DNA of 64,000 nt, from positions 5,196,444 through 5,260,443 of the forward strand of contig NW_002060947.1 of NCBI RefSeq assembly GCF_000150275.1. The letters are read 5' to 3'. Below are positions 55,024 to 64,000 of the stretch, piece after piece. A program made the position numbers and the translations under genes. The notes under the pieces were generated by a model. That model saw only the letters and a list, made by a program, of their open reading frames with translations, ran no database searches and was not told the DNA's origin. Origin of the DNA: Trichoplax adhaerens. Lineage: Eukaryota > Animalia > Placozoa. Within the stretch, counting starts at the first letter, position 1, and each line of letters opens with the position of its first letter.

Positions 55024-58000
55024 ACTGTAACATATGAAAAGAGTTTATTGAATTAAAAATTTTTATTTAAAACCAATTAGATACTATAGCCAAATATCAA
55101 TAACTTTAAATAGTTACTAGAGAACGTGGAATCAACAATAAAGATAGAGCTATTTAATAACCCTTTAATAACGAGAAGCCTGATCAAAGATTTTCCTGAT
55201 AAGTATAAATTAGTACAAATTATAGCACTGGCCTAAAAATTGGACGTACCTCCATCGATTTAATGGGTTTAATAGCTTGAAGAGCTAGAACTATAAATAT
55301 TATTAGCTAATAATTTTAATTGTAAAGGATTATCTGAAAGGCATCACTAATTTATTTTTGATCGAAATATTCACACATATATACTAATAAAATCCCTGTG
55401 CAAGTCTAAAAAATTACCAAATTTCTGTTATACAGAAAATAAACTTGAATAAAATGGCAGTAAATGTCCGTTCAGGGGAAATCTAAGTATTCCCTTATAA
55501 TAGCCAGACTAGACAGCAAGGTATAGGCTATTATTGTCAAACCTTTACCCAAAGATTACTGATGTATATGAATCATAAATCACATTAAGTTCAAGAATTT
55601 AAGGATTTTATGATTCAATTAACACCATTAGTAAATTTTAAAATTTAACGAGGGCTATGTTGTGATTGATTGGTGACATAGCAGTGCAGTCACTGTATAA
55701 CACTTTAATGGTATCCTTCAAAAATGCTATATCTGTTTTATTTGATTCGATAATTAGTTGTTCCAGCTGACCAAGAATAGTCTATGATTAGCCTAAAAAA
55801 GTCAATCGTCCTTAATCATATTTATAGTATTTACTTCAGATAATAATCAAGAATAATAACTACGAAAACAGAGCTTTTAGCTATAGTCAGACCCCATGCT
55901 AAAAGATAAATATTATTCAGTAAGTAAGAAGTAAAGAAAGATATAGCCAGTAAGACATGAACTGTTTGCTATTAGATAGGTGTTCATGAATAAAATTAAA
56001 TTATAAGAATTAGTAAACTTCGAAACATCCAATATAAATTGTACAAAAGTAACGATCGTAGGTTTATAAGGCTTCTGATTGTCAAGTTAAAGTATACAAT
56101 CTGTTTATTTTTATCGGAGTATCGTTATTCTAAAGCACATTTTTTCCTTCAGCAGTTAGAATCAATTTACAATTTGACCTAATCTATTCGATATTTTTCT
56201 ACCAACCAATCAATCAACCAATTGTAAATTCTGAAATATAAGTTTATTGAGTTCCTCAAGAATATAACTTACTACTTATAAGGATAGTATAGATAAAGGA
56301 TTCTTGTATCTATGACTTACCAATAACGAAATTAGAAAAAGTGAAGCTTGTAAAGAAATACAAGTAATTTACTTTATAATTCTAGGATTTATTGAAAGAG
56401 TATTAATATTGAGAGACTACTTCGCTTCAGGATTGATTGTGAAAATTATGTTATCCTTTAGGCATTAGCATCACCCATCCACGCCCGCGTCTACTAACTT
56501 ACTCTACTTTTAATGACATGAGCCATTCAAACTCTGAAAGAATCGTCAGATCTAGTCTTAGCAATTTCAGTACCGACGAAGATTGAATATAGTCATGACT
56601 TCGTTTTTTCAATACTAGGAAAGATATAGTAGCAAGTACAGAAATTTGTACTGATAATGCTAAAATTGAATCCTTTGAAGATGTAGGCATCTCTATAGAA
56701 GCAGTCTATCTACCACGTTTTCTCCAGGAGTGTTTGCAATATCTATTAGGCGTTAGATACACTTCTCAGTAATATATACCGCTACCATACTTACGAAGCA
56801 AAAACTAGGCAACAGATTGAATATGGTAGAGTTTATCACCGATTGAAAATTCAATAGCTTTAGTGAAACCCAATAAAAATCTGCAGTTCGTGTGGAACTG
56901 TTACAGGTAATACTCAGTGAGCAATGCTATCATACCAAAGTTAAATTAGATTACGCCAAAACCACAAGAAGTTAGATCTCTATTGTAACTTAGTGACTCA
57001 ATCATATCCGTGATACTGATTCAAAGTTCAAGCTCATTAATTGAAATTCTACAGCAAAAGAGTTAATGAAACATGGATAATAGCTAATAGCAACAAACAT
57101 GTCATTTTCGCAGTATTATTGGAGAATTTCTCCACTTTTAGGGCAAACGGAAATTGTAAATTGTGTGTCTATGATGATACACTGATTGAGTTGCTAGTTT
57201 CATATTTACAAATCTACCAGCACATTTTGTTGTTCCTTATGAAAATAAATATATGTGATTTGGAATCGATGTACCAAACAATTGGCAGCTCTACTTTTTT
57301 TAATTGCTTTCTGGGTAACTAAGATAGTTACACCTCAATCTATATTTTAAAAATCCGAAAAACGGTAAATGCTTCTATAAAAAATTGCATTAAAACTGAA
57401 ATTAACAAGAGAAAATCAAATCTAAATATGTGTATAAATGAATTGTCCATCAACATCATCTCTAGGCATAATCTACTATATTACGTGGCCTCTATAGGTG
57501 CATATTTAGAGAGTAGGGTTATGTTTTGCATGTTGATCGATTTGGTTGTCATGATAGGTGAACAATCTCTTGGGTCTGAGAGTGCAGTGTGTTATCATAG
57601 AATTAGCAAAAGTACAAAAAATAAGAAGAAAATGCTAGCAATTTAATCAAATTCTAGTTATTTAGAATCGAAGGAATCCAATTTTTTACCTTAATCCAAG
57701 TTCGACTAATGTCTAGTCTAAATAAAATAAACCATACTCAAAGTGGTCTGGATTGGAATAAAACCTATGAGGATCGGGTTCTATATTAGAACTCTTTTAA
57801 TCTTGTACAAATAAAAAGCAAATGAACTGATGACGATAATAAATTTAATAGATTGACAAACGTAACAATAGAAGAAAGGAGTCGAATAGAAGACATGTTA
57901 ATGTAGCTATTTTCTATTCAGTATTAATTGAATGGGAACTTAGGGTGCGGTTCGAACTATCAATTGACTCTTACTCAACAATATGCAACATCCAGCATGT

Positions 58001-61000
58001 TTAGACCACATTTGAGAAATACAATCGCACACATACTGTATGAAATCAAGATTAACAAACTCAATATGGCCTATATCGGCAGCTAATCCGTATTATTCTT
58101 GACAAACAGTCTACGATAAAAGAAGTAAAGGATAATAATTATACTGTAGTGGCACTCGAATATGTGACTTCGGCTAGATATCTACTAGTAATGCTGTGCA
58201 TAGTTTATTATTAGGAAGGCACAGTTAGGTGTAGAAGATTAGCTAGTTAGAAATTAGAAATTAATATTTCATTACATTTAGCATAATTTGATGGTGACTT
58301 AGAGCTAAATCGAATAATTTAATATTAGTATGGAATACTCGTACATGAATTAAGTCTCAAAATGATTCTATTAAAAAATTCTTTTCTAGTTGCAGAGATT
58401 ATGTTAGAATATATAGCAATTAATATAAGCGTAGATTTTATTAGATTGTGATAGTGTACATATGCCGTAATTTTAACTATAATTTTATATCTAAGCATTC
58501 AATACTGTTTACAGAGTCAGAATGAATTAATGTGCCAACAACGTGTTAGTTTCGAGGGAACACTATGATGAATTGCTGCAACAGCGTCTAAATAGCAGTC
58601 TAATAAGAGAACTAACGTAATATGAGCAAGAAAGACTACTTTTTCATTAAGTTTTTTTTGTAATTTATTGATATTATGACGGACGCCTAATCATTTAAAA
58701 TATCAAATTAACATAACTCAACATAACATTAAGGCTACGAAAGCATTATACATGACGGGCAAGAGTGCAGCTAGTCTATGCTTGCAAATAATTAATTTTT
58801 ACTCTATGCTGTATGAAATGAAATTCAGAGACAACGTTAGCCCTACGGGACAGAATCTACTAACTATTTATTATATAGTATTTACTTGTAATTTTTTGAT
58901 ACCTTTTCATCATGATTAACTTGCTACTGTATTAGTAACAACGTTGAATTGAATCAATGCTTTTCTTGCTGACTACTGTAGTCAGGTGTAACATTTTAAA
59001 TATTGTATTTCTTGGAAATTGTTAGTTGCGATTAAAGCCTAGCTAGACAATAGTGATTTTGTAAAATGACGGATTTTTGAATAAATGCAGTAACAGAATT
59101 ACGAACTTTTATATTTCAGGAAATTTGGCTGGGTCTTATAACATATATAGCTAATAGTACCAACCTATTTAAGGACTTGCTTATAACTTCTGAAGACTTA
59201 GCATTATTACTGAAGTTAACGTTAATATTTTTAGTAAGTATTTCCTAGTTATTATTCTTAAGATTACATTAATACTTTTGTGACTTTTACAATAGTCTGC
59301 AAAAGTCGATCTCGAGTCTAAATTGTTCTAGTAACAACATCATTAGTATATATCTAATTGCTGAAACTTATTCACTCCCTTAGATATTTTGTTCAATAAA
59401 CAATCACTGACTTTACTTTTAATAAACTTCTTATGCTAAAATCGCTAATTCTACTGCTTTCCATCCGCCGGCCATTTCATACTAGAGAAGAATATAAATA
59501 CCCTCATCTATTCATCGCAGAAAAGGAATATGCGGCTATTTAAAATTAAGCTGTTAACCAAATAGCTGCTGCAGTGAATAAATAGTAATATCTTTACTAC
59601 ATTTATGTAATAGAAGAAATCGTGATATGGATTGCTATCCGCTTAATTGACCGACAATTTTTAAGTTTTGATATTACGCGTTCTCTACATTTTAAACTTC
59701 GTTATTTTAATTTTTTATCATATAACAGTGAGTTCTACAAACATATCCAAAGTATGATATTGTATTGTCACGAAAGTCATCATCGTGACGTATATTTTAT
59801 TTCTATGTTACGTTCTATATATATTTATATCTCAGAAATATTTTACGGTCTCCTTAATTGTAATTTTAGTAGTTAGCAGTTGATATCCTTAATGTAGGAT
59901 TAGATAGACTAAATTAGTAATTGCCAACTAGCTAAACTGGATTGTATCTATCACCTCCAAAGTTGTTAAGGTTCAAAGTACAATTCCTAAGTTTAAAGGA
60001 AATATTTTAGTAGAATAGTTTTATATGTACCTGTTAAACTATTAATAAGCAACGATTATCATAATACTATTAAAGTAAATTTAATAGGATCAGATTCTAT
60101 CTAATCTGTACAGATAGAATCTCTTTAGGGTATTAATTTGGTTAATTTCTAATAGACGAGGTAACTTCCGTAGCTAAACCGGTTTTAGGTACCGAAACCA
60201 ATATAAACAACGAGTTCGCCGACAATAAATTAGATTGAAATTTTCTATTAAGTCGTGAAGGTCTCGCACTCTTAAACCCTATCTGCCTTGGAATACTAAT
60301 TATCTGGTATTCCGAATAACAGTAGTATACGATAAAAATTACTCTCTCAATCCTTGTTGCAAGTTAGGGTTATTTCTGGCTCGTGACATGTATATTATAT
60401 AGTATTCTACATAAATATGAATGACTAATTTTTAAAGACAAAAATAAAATTCCTTAAATTCTTATGATCGACAATCTTGGTGTTTTCTTGACCAGTGGGG
60501 AAAACATTGCGCTCTTTTCACAAGAAAATATACAGATACACAATCAGGAAAACGCTAATTTACGCTTTCTTTTTAATTTCGTGTAATTTAAATTTTTAGG
60601 CTGTTTACGTTAAAAATAACAAATTTAAGGCTAAATAATCGAATCAAATCATGTCACCACAGTAATTAATCATAATCAGAATTCATCAGGAATGGAAGTA
60701 AATGAATAAATTTATAATTAATTTTTGCAAGAGGTAAATGCACATATGGTATCGAACTTTATTCAGATACACTCTGTGATAAAACTGATTCATCACAACT
60801 TATGAGTAGAAAGGTTGCATTGAATACTTTTTGATAAATCAAATTAATCACAAATCTTAAGTAATTGTGAACAAAATATTATAAAATACCCTTAGCAGTA
60901 TCAATAACTTCTCATCGGGAACTCATGTGATTACGTAGAATTTACGTGAATGTGAGTAAATTTAGTAAAATTGCTTTGTCGAGAAACTATAGAAATCGAT

Positions 61001-61889
61001 GCATTTTATCAAACTCTCTAGACTACTATTTTGGAATTTTTAATTATCAGCGTTAAATAGAAATAGATTACTACAAAACAGATCGTGAATCCAATTCTAT
61101 AAATAACCATTTGAGTTTTACTATCTCTATTGACGAATGATAATTCTATGATCAATATTACGTTTTTCTATTATCTCTATAGTTGTACTAAATACCCTAA
61201 GGCAATTTGTACTTATTAGGAACAGTAATTTTACATTCAATTTGATTCGTATATTCTGCAGTCAGCCAATTATTATGAACAATTGAACGTCTTGAAATGA
61301 TCTCTGTTGTCTCTTTGCGGGTAAAATTTAGAGCAAGAACGTTGCTGTTGTATATATAATTAGTAATAGATTAAATACGATATCTTAATCATAAAGGCAT
61401 AAATAAAGGAAACACTATATATGTACGTATATGATGATTGTATGGTAGTACTTGTAATACAGTAGGTGATAACATTGTAAAAGGCGGACTGCTAAGTTGC
61501 TAATTGTAGTGCGAAGTATAAACTATAATCGTATCGAGGTGTAACCTCGTGTAGCTATAAATACCGATCAACTAATAATAAAATGCAGTTATCAACCTTA
61601 CTCACGGAGTGAACTTATTATTGAAGAACATAACAGTTACTAAGAGATAAATTATAATTATCATCACTAGGGGTATAGTCTTATCGTTCTGTTAGTTATC
61701 TGGAGCAATAGCGTTTCAAACTTTTCCGAATTTTAAAAGCCCTATTAATAACCAACAATATCTTATCTTTACTTTCAAATCTAGTTCTCTAGAAGGTTAT
61801 TAAATACATTATTTCTGAATATTTTAAAGTCTACGATATCTATTTACTATTTTACTTTAATCTGAGCATTCCCTAAGTATGAGCATCAT

Positions 61890-62453
61890 TTATTTTGCTT
61901 CAAGATCAAAAAGAATATCATTTACTATTATGNNNNNNNNNNNNNNNNNNNNNNNNNNNNNNNNNNNNNNNNNNNNNNNNNNGTATATAACATAAACCAC
62001 CGCTGGCACTGCCACTATCATGCTGATTGCTAAGGATAAAATAATATAACTAAGTACGAATTGTGCTTTATATTCCTGATACCATACAGAAAAAGGCTTG
62101 ACTAAAGCGTAATATCGATCCATGCACATTAAAGATAGTAGCAAGCTTCTAACAGCCATCGACATGATAGCAACAAACATAAATATTTGACAAGCAGTAG
62201 AACCATATTTTAGGCTAGGTACGACCAGTACAGCACTGAAAGAGAAAATTATTGTCGTTAATAGTAATATCAAGTCTTGTACCAGCAATAGTAAAATGGT
62301 GAAGTAGGACATAGTTTGTAATTTTCGACTAAAAATAATAATGTAAACTATTATTCCATTAAGGAAAAATCCAGTAATTTTAATAGGTATAGTACTTAAA
62401 ACCAGAAAGGTATTGATAGTAGTTATGTTACTAAAAGAATTATTATAATCCAT
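61890..62453 (-). CDS. Intronless class A (rhodopsin-like) orphan GPCR; TM1-TM4 visible, remainder lost in an assembly gap
   Basis: N-glycosylation-rich N-terminus (NNS, NIT), GFFLN in TM1, TM2 Asp (VQDL), TM3 Cys and MDRYYALVKP. The sequence runs into 50 N. Confidence 0.8.
   Translation of the reverse strand: MDYNNSFSNITTINTFLVLSTIPIKITGFFLNGIIVYIIIFSRKLQTMSYFTILLLLVQDLILLLTTIIFSFSAVLVVPSLKYGSTACQIFMFVAIMSMAVRSLLLSLMCMDRYYALVKPFSVWYQEYKAQFVLSYIILSLAISMIVAVPAVVYVIYXXXXXXXXXXXXXXXXXIIVNDILFDLEAK
61933..61982. other. Assembly gap (50 N)
   Basis: Run of 50 N. Confidence 0.99.
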
Positions 62454-64000
62454 TTTTTCCTTTTCGATGATGCCGTTTACAACTTGAAAAGAAGGATAAT
62501 AAATTACTGAAAACTGATGCTAGTGAGTGTTTATTGATTGATATCTTTTAATAAGCTAGTTTTGAACTGCTAGTAACAACTTAGTCCGTCAGAAGTCTGT
62601 GGAATTGAAAATTTTAGGGCTTGAATAAATAATAGTGATTCACGCGATATAATTTACTATTCATGGTAGCCAATAAATAAATATCGACAATGTAATAATT
62701 CTTCAGCTCGATATAGACAGTAGCATACTGGATTCAAGATTTATTTTGACATGGTATTTCTTTTTGAAAATGATAGGAATTCTTCAGTTTGGAAGTGGTT
62801 TTATTGTAGGCGCTGTAATAAAACTAAACACACTTTAGTTGATAATAGCTTCAATTGAAGCAATCGCTAAAAATAAAGGACTTTCAAAAATTTCAGAAAA
62901 TACCCAGTGTGTTTTTAATCAAGATTGTTGTATGTGACGGACATATATGACGCTGTAAACTAATAGACAATAGCTTTTTGTCACTGATTTTAACGATCTG
63001 ATTATCATACAGAAATAAACTAATTTCTTTATGTATTCCTCACTTATCTAATTTATGACACCTTAAGGAAGTAATTAACTATATTAAATAACGAAATTCA
63101 GAGAAATTACTTAATATGACACAAAACTAAATTGTACTAGAATGATTAATAGTTCAATAAGAGGATTTTCTATTGTGGTAATTGCATTAATTTCAAGAAT
63201 TAAGTATGTATTTATATGTAGTTTAAGATTTATAAGTATGCGTTATTTATTCTCAAATCTTTCTTAGTATTCATTAAATCTTAAACATGTTGAGTCTCAT
63301 AATTTCTATTGTACTTTATATTTGATTTGAAAGTTTTTTGACTTTTCTTCATTTCTCGTTTGCACATCTAATAAGATTAACTTCAACAATATCTAATTAA
63401 GACTGGGCGTAGATGTAAGGGTGATGTAAACGATCGTAGCACGTACTTTATCTACTGTTTAGATCTAATGTTTCTATGCAAAGGTTCTATGATAAGCTAA
63501 TGCAACTTAAGTATCGCAATTTAAACAAGTTATTTAGTGTAACAGCACTACCATATCATGTTGACCAGACTTAGCTGCAAAGGGTAGGCTTGCGATAATA
63601 TTTTAAAAGCGACTTTGACCAATAGGAAAGGTTACAAAGTATTTAAAGAAAATATCGGTAAAATATGTAATGAAATGAAAAGTGTAGAGATCAAGCTACG
63701 AAACTTTAACAAACTTTGATTCTACTTTCGTTGCACTCCGGTCGACTTAACGCTAATACTTTGACACCAAATAAAATTTGGGGAAATAACCGAACAACAA
63801 TTTATTTCAAAACAAAAATGGAGAGAAGTATAAACCGAACAACCGCACAAATACTTAGCTTTAAGTATTATTAAAATAAATGACAGACTTAAAAACTGTC
63901 AACGACCAAACAACCTTTCAAAAAGAAGAACGTTTTAACTTACGACAATTCGACCCCGAAGGCCTTTAAATTCAACAAGTTCTTCAAATAAAATCTTCTC

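Noticed and set aside
56499-57646. Cluster of short ORFs that could be a decayed gene or transposase
   Set aside because: Multiple stops and no motif I can recognise. It needs a TBLASTX/HMM search before any call.

Overview
AT-rich eukaryotic DNA with short GT-AG introns and tight gene spacing. It looks like a compact early-branching animal genome, Trichoplax/placozoan-like; that is an inference from style and gene content, not verified. The ORF track misses most genes because they are split into small exons. Manual splicing gives: (1) a very large leucine-rich-repeat GPCR on + (160-18445, start upstream of the window) with an LRRNT exon, 48 one-LRR-per-exon phase-2/phase-2 cassettes and a single hinge+7TM exon of type-C LGR/GRL101 kind; (2) CNKSR on - (SAM-CRIC-PDZ-PH); (3) CCDC174 on -, head-to-head with EXOSC8 on +; (4) a disabled DPY19L3-like fragment on -, head-to-head with TRNT1 on +; (5) a DUF4062-NACHT-WD40 (NWD-like) gene on - with a candidate N-myristoylation motif; (6) an intronless class A GPCR cut by a 50-N gap. 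Non-coding structure includes a ~0.6 kb dispersed repeat family around the LGR, a ~205-nt multi-hairpin fold-back in a CNKSR intron, and inverted TACAG/CTGTA pentamer arrays found only at the two divergent promoters. All coordinates were read by eye; no database searches were run.
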